A DNA stretch of 64,000 nt from Chiloscyllium plagiosum (lineage: Eukaryota). The stretch's first letter is position 1; the number at the start of each line of letters is the position of its first letter. The notes beneath the pieces were generated by a model. It was not told the origin of the DNA, made no database searches, and worked only from the letters and a program-made list of their open reading frames with translations. Positions 49,700-62,516 of this stretch are shown here, one piece after another. The DNA lies in assembly GCF_004010195.1 (NCBI RefSeq), contig NC_057718.1, positions 93,039,569 through 93,103,568 of the forward strand, given 5' to 3'. The position numbers and the translations under genes are program-made.

Positions 49700-50350
49700 G
49701 CTGCTCCTACTGCCAGCTGTCCTCCCACCACAGCCCCACCTCGGTGCAAATTCTGTTGTTACTTACAGGATGCCAAGGTAACACCATTCCCCTTCAGGTG
49801 GCTACATCTCTTGCAGCCATCCCTGCTCCTGGAAGAAATGCACGTCGTTTTCCGCTCGGGAACTCAACATCGAGTTCTACAATTTTAGGACTTGAGACAC
49901 TTTCTTCAATGTCCTTACTCCAACCCCCACACACCAGGCCTTGTTATCACATACGAAAACAGAAATTGTTGGAAAACATCACGATGTCTGGCAGCATCTG
50001 CGGAGAGAAATCAGAGTTAATGTTTGGGGTCAAGTGAACCTTCCACAGAACTTGTTATCACATGTTCTGCTATTAGACACAACTCACTGTTAACCTCTAA
50101 TTTCCCCCATCAGTAGTTATTCATTCTCCCAGACTGATTGTTATCCACTCCTTTGTCAAGCTGTTCTTCTCTCTCTTTGGGCTCACTTATCATTTACTCC
50201 TTATCCCCTTCCCCCAACCTGTCTTCTGACATTTTCCAAAATGCTATCAATTCTGAGGAGGGATCACTGGACCCAAAACATTAACTCAGATTTCTCTCCA
50301 TAGTTGCTGCTGAACCTGCTGAGCTTTTCCAGCAGTTTCTGTTTTGTACT
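49700..50350 (+). mobile_element. Old Penelope 3' end (GIY-YIG tail, 3' UTR, decayed hammerhead)
   Basis: LEEMHVVFRSGT resembles LEEERLIFCLGT at 13450; CTGAGGAGGGATCACTGGACCCAAAAC at ~50253; inverted piece at 49955-50052. Confidence 0.65.
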
Positions 50351-50594
50351 GCTCCTGCTGGTGCTGCCTCTTAAAGTGCTTAACTTGGATTTGGCCTTCC
50401 CTGACATGTCGGCTAACCCACAACACACCATATGCAGAGGTGCAAAGCACTTTTCCTTTCCACAGATCAGAACCTCCCAGGGAAAAATTGGTTTTGAGAT
50501 CTGTTCCCTAATCTCTCATCATTAGTATTGATTGCTCTTAATGGCAACCAGAGCATGCACATATAAACCCTTAATTGACACTTTTTAAAAAAAA

Positions 50595-50700
50595 TATTTT
50601 TCTAATCAACCTGTTTAGAGATGTTGTTGTACACCTTTGGGGCAGGTGAGACCTGAATCCAAGTCTCTTGGTTCAGAGATGGAGCCACTGCCACTGTGCA
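50595..50700 (-). mobile_element. Short tRNA-derived SINE
   Basis: Reverse complement of the 2845-2955 type. Confidence 0.55.
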
Positions 50701-50711
50701 GTCCTAATTAG

Positions 50712-51435
50712 AATCGTAGAATTAGAATCATTAGAATCATAGCATAGGCCTGCTGTGGAAGCAGGCCAATCGGCCCATTGAGTCCAAACCGACTGCCCGA
50801 TGAGCATGCCCCCCCAGCATGACCCACAACTCCTACTGCCCTGAAACCCTGCACAGGTGCTAATGAACCTAGCCGGCACATTCCTGGACACTATGGGCAA
50901 TTTAGCACGGCCAAACCACCTAATCTGCACAGAGTCATAGAGTAATAACGTTGTGCAGCATGAAAACAGACCCTTCAGTCTAACTCATCCATGCCGACCA
51001 GATGTCTTAACCTAAACTAGTCCGATTTGCCAGCACTTGGCCACATATCCCTCTAAACCTTCCTACTCATATTCCCATCCAGATGCCTTTTAAATGTTGT
51101 AATTGTACCAGCCTCCACCACTTCCCCTGGCAGCTCAATCCATACATGCACTACCCTCTGGATGAAAAATTGTCCCTTAGGTCCCTTTTAAACCTTTCCC
51201 CTCTCACCTTAAACTATGCCCTCTAGTGTTAGGCTCCCATACCCTGGGGAGAAGACCTTGACTATTCACCCTATCCATGCCCCTCATGATTTTAAAAGCT
51301 TCGCTTTGGACTGTGGAAAGAGAAACTAGAGCACCCAGAGGAAACCCACGCAGACATGGGGCAAATGTGCAAGCACACACAGACAGTTGCCTGACTCTCG
51401 AATCAAATCCAGGTCCCAGCAATGCTAACCACCAT
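50712..51435 (-). mobile_element. HE1-type SINE split by a CR1 3' fragment (50931-51295, -)
   Basis: CCTAATCTGCAC|AGAGTCATAG...CATGATTTT..|CTTTGGACTGTGG: SINE continuity restored by removing the insert. Confidence 0.88.
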
Positions 51436-52894
51436 TGATACATTACTAACCGCAATGCACAATGCACAGCTGTTGGTTTCTGTTTAGTGGACAGCTCTTT
51501 AATGTTGGAGGAGGGAATTCCACCTCACACTCTCTGTTCCCTCCAACTCCACCACTTTGTTGATCCTAGGGAAGACCTGCTGTTGAGTGAGATTGTCATT
51601 GTCTCCATTAGATACAACGCACTGAGCCACAGTGAATGGACTTCTCTCTTTCCTTTGCACTCCTATTTTCCTCATTCAGTTATCTAACCAATGTCCTCTC
51701 CATTGACTCCCTGTAACCAGTTTCTTATGAATTCACTTTAAAGCCTATTCATGCCTGGGGAAGAGGAGAAATGACAGATTTGGAGATTGTGCAAAGCAAT
51801 GCCTCTTAGCTTCAGACACCTTTATCAAAAATTTCTTTTCTGGTTTGTGAAATGCTCTTTTTACCCATAATCATTTTCATTTCTTGTTGATCATGGGTGC
51901 GTTTGTTTTTTTGTAATTCAGAATGAGATATAGCAAAATAGATTATGGGGTAGATTTCCATCTTCACAGCTTGCCGATAATCTATAGCATGTGGTTGTTC
52001 TGCACCATCAGGCTGTTACCTTGGCAACGGAGACAAAAAAAAGAAATTAAGATCTCACCTTACATTTTTAAAAGAACCTGAATGAGGACTTGACAGTTCT
52101 GCTCGAATGAGCAGTTACACAGCGTTAAGATATCAAAGACAGCAGTAAATGTACAGATGATGGAACATTAAGCATAATCCAGGAATACAATCTTCTCTTT
52201 TTAATGAATGATATGCTTATCAAGATGAAGACTATTAGTTCGGGGGAAAGGAACATTTTCCATCGCAGGAGTCTGGTGCAGGCATGATAAATGGTGCCAA
52301 TTAGTGGCAAAATAGAGTCAATTTTGTCCTGTATCCTTTAGGATCTAGATTCAAACCATCATTACATGTTGCACTCTCATTACCAAAAAAATGATTTTCA
52401 TCCCTCGTTTCTTGGCTGCCTTTGAACTTCAGCCCAAGAGATGAAAGCTCAATATCCAAACTATGTTACAACCCCACTTTCAAAATGTTCTTTTTATTCC
52501 AGTCTTTTTTCGAAGCATTGTTTAATTTGGCGCTTTGATTAAGTTGTACTCTACAAAACTTTCATATGGGTGGAACTTTTCGATGAGTGGTAATGCTGTC
52601 AGATTGCCGTTCTGCCTGGCCCTGTTTTGTGTTAGGACCCGACTGTGCGTTTCTCTCTGGCACTTCTGATCCTGGCTACTTCAGAAATATGGAGTGTATT
52701 TGAAATCCAGCTGTTCCATTGTACTGCAGGATAACTGGGGGAAGTCACATCCTTTGTTGGAGACTGTAAATCATGTGAAAGCATATGATGATTCATGATC
52801 CACTGACTGGCATGTTTCCTAGTGTGAACAATAAACTAAACATCCCCCACTGACAGAGATTACCATCTCTCACATCAAACCCAAAGAAATCACC

Positions 52895-53300
52895 TTTTGA
52901 TGGTGATGACCTCTCCGATAGTGATCATCCTTTGACAGTGATCACCAACCAACTGTGATCATCTCTGACAATGATCTCTGATTGTGATAACTTGACAGCG
53001 ATCATCCTCTGACAGCAATCACCTGAGAGGGATCTTCCGCTAAATGTAATCACCTCTCTGTTAGTGATCACCTCTCTGACAGTGATCACCCCCATCAGTG
53101 ATCATCTCTCTGACAGTGATCACCTCCCTGATAGAAATCATTTCTCTGACAGTGATCACCTAAGAATGATCTCCCTCTAACAGTAATCATCTCTCTGGTA
53201 GTGATCTTCCTCTGACAGTGATCAGCTCCTGTCAGCGATCACCTCTCTGAAAGTATCTCCTTTTGACCATGATCACCTCCTGACAGTGATCACCTTCCTC
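52895..53300. repeat. Minisatellite, ~18-bp unit GACAGTGATCACCTCTCT
   Basis: Roughly 20-25 diverged adjacent units. Confidence 0.9.
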
Positions 53301-53989
53301 AGACTATATGGGTTCCATTGACATTGATCTGACAGGAGCTAGGGCTTGCAGAGTGTGGGCCGGGAGGGTGGTTTTGGATGGTATGGGCCTTGTCTCTGGT
53401 CCGGGATGAAAGATTTTGTGATGGGGTTGGTAATGCGGGTTAAAGAGAGGAGTGAGAGAGCACTTTGTCTGTGGTTCAGGAAGAAAATGGTCAGTGCTGT
53501 CTGTGAGGTGGTGGGTCATTAGCTTTCCTAATTGAGTACTGAGAGCTGGTTAAAGGTGCTGCAGTATTTTGATACTCCAGCTGATTCACATAGAGTTACA
53601 TTGCTCACACGCAAAAAGATAGGGCAAATATGGGGCCAAAAGTATGTGTCTGTCTGATCTGGCCAATAATGGAGAGAACTAGAATAGGATAGAATATCCT
53701 TTATTGTCACGGAGGGTAAATCCACCAACTGGATGTTTAAACATCCAATACAAGTCCAAAGCATGTACTTATGTTAGAACTTATTAAGGATCCATAAGGC
53801 ATACGAGTAACATAAGTTGAGCTGAGGATCTCTTCTGAGCTCAGAGGATCTAGGCAATAGTTTACACTTTGTGACTTGGAGGTATGTGTAATGGCCTGTA
53901 CTTTGCCATTGTGATGATTGAAAACCATCTGGTGTAGACACAAGTGTAGGATAATGAATAAAGAATTATCTTTTTATTTTTCTGTGTTT

Positions 53990-54930
53990 TTTTTTATTGT
54001 GGGCTACGACATAAAAAAAATTGTTTGAAAAACCAAGGGCTGTGGAATTGATTGCTGAACATTTTAAAAGCAAATGAGCAAAACTCACTGGAAGTGGAGT
54101 TTGTTGCTTTGCTCAGCCAGTGGGCAGAAAACTGGGCACCAGATAGTGTGCATAAAGTGAGGTCCCATTAGCAATAAAGAGCAGATTGGTTTGTTGGCGT
54201 TGTGACAAACAGTGGATGACAAATGCCATCTGCCTGTCACCAACTATGTGGTTGGTTCCTGAATAGCTGAACGGCTTGTGGAAATGAATGACATTATCAG
54301 GAACCTGAAGGCAAGGGAGGTGGCATTTGTCTGTGTAGTAAAACAAAACCTGAACCCAAAAGAAATCCAGTTGTTTTCTTCATCCAGTTGCTCTGAACCA
54401 TTGAGTTTAACCAATAAATCGGAGACTTTATAATTTGAAAACCAGTTGCTCTGTGCCTCCTGAGGTTATGTAAAAAGTACCTTGAGAAGAGAGATTGAAG
54501 AACAGCAAGTCCAGGCAAAATAAAAAGATCACCTCAGTGACCCTGTGGATAGGGGCCACTGAACTGTCTTCTCTCTTCTTATCCTGTCAACCATAAACAC
54601 CAATGAGATTTGTCTTTCTGTGTCCAAATGTACTTGTGTGCAATGTGGTTTATAAGGCAGTTGGAATTTTTAGATTAGATTAGATTAGATTAGATTACTT
54701 ACAGTGTGGACATTTAGCAAGTAGAGTTTCAGTTGACAGTTCATCTGTAGCTAGAATCCAATTATTTGTAATAAATAGTAACTCTTGCTAAGTACAGAAA
54801 TCTAGTTCATGTTTTCTGTACACCTGGGTCTAAACAGACAGGTAAACTGGAGAAATGTTATGTCTTTGATGAAGTCTTTAACTTTTGTGATGACTGTGGG
54901 AGCAATGGGGCTTGCTTTCCAGCATTCTAA
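53990..54930 (+). mobile_element. Possible solo LTR containing an HE1 tail insertion (54671-54710)
   Basis: Non-coding, AATAAA at ~54770, LTR-like composition; no partner LTR or clear TSD. Confidence 0.3.
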
Positions 54931-55026
54931 TCCATAAATCCAGAAGTGATTCTGCACTACTTCATAGAGTGTAGTGTTGAGATGGATAATGACTGCACTG
55001 TCATACTTGGGAAATCAATTGTATTA

Positions 55027-55258
55027 ATAGAATCCCTACAGTGTGGAAGCAGGCCCATCAAGTTGATACCGACCCCCTAAAGAGCATCCCACTCAGACCT
55101 ACCCCCACTACCCTATTCCTGCAACCTTGCATTTCCCATGGCTAATACACATAGCCAGCAGATCCCTGGACACTACTGGCAATTTAGCACGGCCAATGCA
55201 CCTAGCCTCCACATCCTTTGACTATGGGAGGAAACCGGAGTACCCGGAAAAAACCCAC
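55027..55258 (-). mobile_element. HE1 SINE, 5'-truncated
   Basis: TAGAATCCCTACAGTGTGGAAGCAGG..GGCAATTTAGCACGGCCAAT..GGGAGGAAACCGGAG. Confidence 0.9.
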
Positions 55259-55569
55259 TTGCTTGGATAGAAATGGTGTCCATGGATATGGGGAAAGGCA
55301 GGAGATCAGCACTAGGCAATCGAACTTGAGTACGCACCGTGGGCCATCTAGCAATCCCCTGATGATAGGCACAACTTGTTGTTCTGCAGGCTAATGGATC
55401 ACCAACATGACAGCTCATCAAGCACACAGCATGCAGAATATTCACAATTTTAACAATAGTGATGGGGCCAGAAATCCATCAAAGTGAGACCTGAGGAAGG
55501 ATGATGATATCCTTTGAACATGTGTATTGACTATCATCAAAGGCTTCATCTTATAAACAAAGGCTACAA

Positions 55570-56180
55570 GCTTGGGACCTACTCACTGGAGTTTAGAAGA
55601 ATGAGAGGTGATCTTATTGAAATATTTTGGATTTTTTTAAGGGCCTTGACATGATAAATGCTGAGAGGACATTTCCTGACATTTCCCACCATGGTCTAGG
55701 ACCAGAAGGCATAGTCTCAGAATAAAGAGGTGCAAATTTAAGACTAAGGTAAGGAAAAAATTCTTCTCTCAGTGGAGTCTTTAGAACTTCTTGTCACAGA
55801 GAGCAATAGGGCAGGGTCCTTCTATATACTTAAGGCTGAGGTAGATTTTTGATCAGTAGGAGGATGAAGGGTTATGTGGCAAAGACGGGAAAGTTGACGT
55901 GAGGAATGTCACATCGTTCATGATCCTACTCAATGGTAAGGCAGGCTCCAAGGATTAAATCATCTGTTTATCGAGTCATAGAGGTTTACAGCATGGAAAC
56001 GGGCCTTTCGGCCCAACTGGTCCATGCCGCCCGACTCTAGTCCCATTTGTCTGTGTTTGGCCCATCTGTTTCTTAAATGACAAAATTGCATTTATCTCCA
56101 CCACTACCTCTGGTTCCAGACACTCACCACCTCCTGTGTGAAGAAATTGCCCCTCTGAACCCTTTTGTATCTGTCCTCTT
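55570..56180. mobile_element. Two tail-to-tail CR1 3' fragments (+ 55570-55960, - 55973-56180)
   Basis: LYSLEFRRMRGDLIEIF on +; GAGTCATAGAGG tail on -. Confidence 0.85.
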
Positions 56181-57394
56181 AAAGCTGAGTACAATGATGG
56201 ACATAAAGGATAAAAAAAATCAAAAGGAAAAAAAATCAAATCAACCCTGGGGTTTTTAGAGTTTTCTTGAAAGTAGACATATGCATGGAACTAACAAACA
56301 ACTTCATGAAAGTCCATGCAGGAGGCAAGAACAATCAACCTGAGAGCTACAATACAGTTCTCTGTAGTTCAAGCAATGCAGGAACATCATCTTAAAATGA
56401 TTTGATGTATTCGATCTAGAATGAATGGATGTCCGGGCAGATAGCTATAATTTCAGGAAATTAGGTCAAAATATTTCTTCAAGCGTGCAATATTTAGACT
56501 GCAATGTGTCTAGAATAAACAATGAATTCTTCCCTTTTCATATATATCCAGCACTATCCATGGTCTCTGATACCAATGAAAGTAACACTTTGTGAGCTCC
56601 TAACATAATTTAATTTCTGAGGTTTTAGTACGTTTCACAGACTGAAGTCTTTGGGTTTCATTTTGACTTGCATTGACAGTATAAAGTAGTTGACACTGAA
56701 CGCAGTGCTTGTAATATATTGAAATCTGTAGAACTGAAAATTCAGAAAGATGGCTCAAGGGGCTGAGGAATCAGATCAACCCTTTTACAATATTAACCAC
56801 AGGTCTGTTGTGTTGCAGTGTGCCAATTAATATTCTACACAGCATGTGTGTAAATACATTCAGCCTGATGTCTGAGTTGGTGTGTTTTCTCCTCTCGTTG
56901 AAAGAAGCCATTTACTTCAAAGTTGCTGGGTATTACATTCACATTTGATCTTTTTAGCTTGGAGATTAGGAGGTTATTGACAATAAAATCTTTATCACTA
57001 TTTCAGTTCAAAATACACAAGGAACATTCAATTCTACTCAATCAATGATACAAACATCAGATACCATAAATTCCAACAGTGAACCTTCAGTAGTTTACAT
57101 TTATTATCTAAACCTGTAATGTGTCTAATATTTATAGATTTTCATATGCAACACTTATTTATTTCATTGGAAAACCTGTCTTCTATGTAAAACCTGTAGT
57201 TTAATGGTTTGCAACATCTTTAATGTTGGAGCTTTCTGCTCACAGAGCTGTGTCATACTATGGCAACAGCAACATATATATGTATTTACTGGTCCAGGAA
57301 AATGTGTTCGTTTATGATGTTGGACCTTTCGGTTACTATTGTTTTGAAATGTAAGTTATAGAAGAAGAGGTACCTTTCAGTGTACATAGATTCA

Positions 57395-57590
57395 GAGAGC
57401 CATAGAGTCAGACAGCATGGAAACAGACACTTGAGTCCAATCTTTCCATGCCAAACATAATCCCAAACTAAACTAGTCCTATCTGCCTACTCCTGGCCCA
57501 TATCCCTCCGAACCTTTCCTATTCATGTACATAACCAAATGTCTTTTAAATGTTGCAGTTGTACCCACATCCACCACTTCCTCAAGAAGT
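57395..57590 (-). mobile_element. CR1 3' tail
   Basis: CATAGAGTCAGACAGCATGGAAACAGAC..CTTTTAAATGTTGCAGTTGTACC. Confidence 0.85.
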
Positions 57591-57624
57591 TTATGGTCAA
57601 ACATATTTGTTCATAATGATCGAA

Positions 57625-57980
57625 AGCTTTGCATTTACATAATGTCTGTCTCAACCACCAGATACCCCAAAGCACTTTACCTTTGGAGGGATTTCACTTC
57701 TGTCATGTAGGAAATGTGACAGTCACATACACAACATGTACACATAAACAGAGGGGTGATAATGACCAGATAGCTGTTTTCCTAGTGTTGACTGAGAGAT
57801 AGATATTGGTCTGAAGAGAACATGCTTGCTCTCTGTGAATTATTGCCGTAGGATCCTTTTTCTTCCACTCAAATTGAAAGTTAGAAGCCTCAGCTTAACA
57901 GAAAGGCAGCACTTCTGAGAGAGGAGTATGCCTCATTGTTGCATTGGAGTAACAGCTTTGATTTTCATGGTCAGCTCTAG
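57625..57980 (-). mobile_element. Deu-domain SINE
   Basis: CCCAAAGCACTTTAC..GTGATAATGACCAGATA..GAAAGGCAGCACTTCTGA; matches 200-1012. Confidence 0.65.
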
Positions 57981-58161
57981 AGTTTTACAATTATAAGGTT
58001 TATATGATTGTTATATTTTGGAACTTCAGCTTTAAACTTAAAGGTAAATAAAAGGGGCTTTGAACCCTGTCATACCCTCTGCCTGAAGCTTGTATGGGTT
58101 CATTGTTGGAGATCAAAGAAAGTTGTCTGGGTTGTTTTAATGTGAAGAAAGTGCAAGGTAT

Positions 58162-58491
58162 TTAGATTAGATTTCCTACAGTATGGAAACAGGCCCTTCG
58201 GCCCAACAAGTCCACTTCAACCCTTGGAAGAGTAACCTACCCGGACCCATTCCTTTACTCTATACTCACCCCTGACTAATGCACCTAACATTATGGGCAA
58301 TTTAGCATGGCCAATTCACCTGACCTGCACATCTTTGGATTGTGGGAAGAAACCAGAGCACCCAGAGGAAACCTGCACAGATATGAGGAGAATGTGCACA
58401 CTCCATACAGCCAGTTGGCCGAGGGGGGCATTGAGCCCAAGTCCCTGGCACTGTGAGGCAGCAGTGCTAACCACTGAGCCACTGTGCCACC
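58162..58491 (-). mobile_element. HE1 SINE, full length
   Basis: Full motif set, similar to 20506-20832. Confidence 0.93.
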
Positions 58492-59099
58492 TAAATTAGC
58501 AGCAGTCTCTGAGTATAATTAATCTCCTTGTTTGAATACTGTTTATTTTGACGCACATCTACAGCAGCTGGGACTTGGTCTGGAACTTCTAATATAAGTG
58601 CTCTATTACTGCAATTCATGACCTTTTCAGTTTGCTGAGAATATTGTAAGTAGCATTGAGCTTTGAAAATCCCAGAAAAGTGTCATTCATATCAATTTAT
58701 AAACAGTTGTGTTATAAATTATCTTTCAGATTAAAGAAAATTGGAATCAAAGCCAAATATAAGTTTACCATGTTTCACATTGTCAATGGAAAAAGGGCAG
58801 AAAAAGCCATTTTTCAGATTAGGTTACAGGCTTCCTTACAAATTCATGAAAATCATCGATTGACAGCGGTTGCTGTTTAGTATATTCTGCAGTTATCTGA
58901 GAAGCAGTGATTGGGTGATAGATGTAGTCAGTGCCACAGTTGAAACATGAGAATAAACTGACTCTTGCTTCCTGTAGTATGTCATGCCTCAAGTGATCCC
59001 AGATTAAGATGGAGCATGAAATCTCTATACATCAGATCACATGCAATGATATAGTGATGATAGCATGACCATATTTCTGAAAGGCATACAGACATACTG

Positions 59100-59745
59100 A
59101 CTGTGAGATATAGCACAGAAGATATATTTTGGTACCTTGCAATAGTTAACCAAGATTCATTTAAAGTGAGCAGAAAATTTAGAAATCAAGTTCATAGTGA
59201 ATGTTATAATAACAGATATGGTTTAAGATATTAGTTCAAATTTGAACCATGAGGAAGAAAAGATTCAGCTACATATGTTCCAGCTGAGTTGGCTTAGATT
59301 TAGTTGCAAATAAGACAATTGGAATTTTAATCAGAAATGAAGAAACATTCATTATGAAGAGATGGAGGAAAGCAAGAAAAGAAGCCAGGGAAATTTGAAG
59401 TTTGAGACATGAACAAGAAATAACAGGAAAATTTGGCAATGACTAATATTTAACTCCTGGTTTTGATTTGGCAAGGCGTATTTACCAAAAGTCTTGAAAT
59501 ATATCTTATCTCATTTGAGAAAATTGCTGCTAACTTACAATAACCTTAGGAAATTTGAACATGATGAAGTAGTATTTTGGTAGCAAAAGAGTTGGCAATT
59601 TATCTGACTCTCTTAAATGAACAAATGAGAGATTATGACACAGTTAAGATTGCTGTGCTTAATGGATTTAAGTTGGAGCTTATTGACAAGTTAGATACTT
59701 GGAGAAGAGATGGACTTTTCTGGAATTTGCTAGAGTAAAAAGATA
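59100..59745 (+). mobile_element. Degenerate Gypsy gag (Gmr1/SCAN-like capsid region)
   Basis: EIYLISFEKIAANLQ*P*EI*..AIYLTLLNEQMRDYDTVKIAVLNGFKL..TFLEFARVK after a coiled-coil-like stretch. Confidence 0.6.
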
Positions 59746-60781
59746 CAGGGCAGAATCCAACAGGGACTTGTACAATATGGGCTACATGAGATATGTGGCA
59801 GAATCTCCAATCATTCGATGTAATTGAAATTCCTCATTCTTGAAACCATTCTTGCAAATCTTTTCTGACCCTTAACATGACCTTAGTGGTCTTGAAATCA
59901 AAATATTCCACAAATAAGAAATAATTTAAAGAAATTACTCTCTAGGATGGTTGATGTCTGACTTTGACCACCGCACAAGACAAAAGAAACTCACATCAGA
60001 TTTCAATAAACTCATTAATTATAACAAACTTATCCTCTAATAAAACGCTGCAAAATGAATTAGCATTTACTAATAATGATAAGCAAGCTATATCCGTGTT
60101 AAATCCAACATGAGCACATTTATTTATAAATAGGATGGAAAGGACAGATGAGTCAAAAGGTTTTCCAGGAATATCATTAGTCGAAAATATAAGTAATAAG
60201 GAACAAAATCTATGGATCAAAACTCAAAACCACAAGGGGAGATGAGGTGACATTTTTGCAGTTTTTTGGAAGGGTTGGTGATGATATGTTATTGTCAGCA
60301 ATGGTAATCCTCAATTCAACATGTGGTCAGTTGGACCTAGGTCTCGGCTTAAGTTGGAAGGTTTAATTTCTCCAGGCAGAATGTTTTGAGTGTTACTTTC
60401 TTTACACTCACAGTGGGAGAGATAACATTTTGACTTGCTTGTGGGAATTTGGAGGTTTGAGAGCCCACATGCTCTCTCTCTTCCCTCAGTTCTGTGACAA
60501 AACTGGACAGTTTCTTCTTTTTTTAATCCAAAAGCACATGGTGCCAATTATTTGCAACAAAGTATCAAAATTCAGTTTCAGTAAAAGTTCCAGCCAGTAA
60601 GTGAATATCATATGTTTCTATTGTAATACTTATACCAATTCTTTCCCTGTACCACAACATTCTGAACTTCCACTTACATAGTTATATTCAAAATAAAATG
60701 TATGTCACTCATGCAACCTTCTCTGATGCCTTTGTAGCCTTTTGAAATCATGGTGCCCAGAACAGGGCACAATACTCCAGT

Positions 60782-61085
60782 TTAGATTAGATTCCCTAAA
60801 GTGTGGAAACAGGCCCTTTGGCCCAACAAGTCCACACTGACCCTCCAAAGAGTAACCCACCCAGACCCATTTCCCTCTGACTAATGCGCCTTACACTATG
60901 GACAATTTAGCATGGCCAATTCACCTGGCCTGCAGATCTTTGGATTGTGGGAGGAAACCGGAGCACCTGGAAGAAACCCACGTAGACACGGGGAGAATGT
61001 GCAAACTCTACACAGACAGTCGCCCGAGGCTGGAATCAAAGCTGGGTCCCGTGAGGCAGCAGTGCTAACCACTGAGCCATCGTGT
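60782..61085 (-). mobile_element. HE1 SINE inside an old CR1 (-, ~60700-61555)
   Basis: Host GGGCACAATACTCCAGT|..|TTAGGCTGAACCAGTGTTTTAT is continuous around the SINE. Confidence 0.92.
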
Positions 61086-61559
61086 TTAGGCTGAACCAGT
61101 GTTTTATGCGGGTTAACCATAATTTCCTTGCTCTTGTATTCTATGGTCCAACAGATAAAGCACAGGACCAAAATGCTGTATCTTTTATAAACTGTTCTTC
61201 CAACCTGTCTTGCCAGCTTTATTGATTTCTGCCCATGTACACCCAAATCTCTCAGCTCCTGCATCCACATTGTACCCTTTATTTTTCCTGCCAAAGTAAA
61301 TCAATCACTTCACATTTCTCTGCACTGCTGTTGTCCTTTAGAAGTTCTCCATCCTCCTCCTCATGAATCAGAGTACTTCCTCGTTTGGTTTCATTCAAAA
61401 ATTTTGAAGTTGTGCCTCACACCAATGTCAATGATGTTAATATATATCAGCAGGCTCAGTGTTCCTTGTACTAATCCCTAGGAAACCCCTATGATAAATC
61501 TTCTACCAGAACAGAAAAACAACATTGCTCACTGTTTGGTACTCTTTGTTCCTGTCATT

Positions 61560-61660
61560 CAGAGTCGAGATTGTGTTGCTGGAAAAGCACAGCAGGTCAG
61601 GCAGTATCCGAGGAACAGGAGAATCAACGTTTTGGACATAGGCTCTTCATCTGGAATGGT
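61560..61660 (-). mobile_element. Short Penelope 3'-end insertion with decayed hammerhead
   Basis: GCTGGAAAAGCACAGCAGGTCAGGCAG..ACGTTTTGGACATAGGCTCTTCATCTGG. Confidence 0.8.
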
Positions 61661-61663
61661 GAA

Positions 61664-62516
61664 GAGCCATAGTTTAAATGTCATACGCCCTTTGTTATTT
61701 GACTTGTTTGGTCCAGAACTTGGCAGGAAAAACAATAGAAAATGTGAGTAAGATGAGACTAAGTGGTGGAGTTGTGGCAGCTGCTCATGGCTGCATTGTC
61801 AGAATGCTGTTGATCTGCGCCTCGCTTTGTCAATGATCCATGAATGAAGTGCTAACACCTGACCTAAGAGGGCATGCTATTGTCAACGACACACAGACAG
61901 AGATATGCTCAGTTTCCCTGATGGTTCACTCTCCCCACATAATGAAAAAGAAGTAGTTAAGCAATTAATAAAGGAAATGTATTTGAAAGAGACACAGTGT
62001 GGATTTTTGAAAACCTCTGACCATTTTCACAATGAATATAAATGAACATGGATTTCTGAGCAATAATACATTTCCACAGCGCTGTGCATTCACGTATTTT
62101 TCCCAATCATGTCATTACTCTTATGAGAGAATAGGTTTTCTCCGAAGTGACACTTATTAAGTTAAAGTGCACTTTAGCTTCAGGAAAGAGTATCAACAGA
62201 TCAGTTTTAAATCCCATTTAGGGAACTTGAAGAAGAAGTTTGAATGGTTTTCATCCTAAGATGCTGTCTGGATGAATCTGGTCATACAACTACAACAACA
62301 GGTTGCATGCACATAGCACCTTTCCCATAAGGTGCCTCACAAGTGTACCATAACAAAATCTGACACCAAAGCTCACAAGGAGGTACTTGGACAAATGATC
62401 AAAAGCTTGGTCAAATAGTTAAAGGGAACAGATAATGCGGAGGACCAGTGCAAAGGCCAAGTTCTGGACCAAACAAGTCAAATAACAATAGGCGTTTGAC
62501 ATTTAAACTATGGCTC
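61664..62516. repeat. 61-bp inverted repeat pair (61664-61724 and 62456-62516)
   Basis: 58/61 identical by manual alignment. Confidence 0.9.

Noticed and set aside
52895..53300. CRISPR-like regular repeats
   Set aside because: No unique spacers, diverged adjacent units, vertebrate context, no cas genes.
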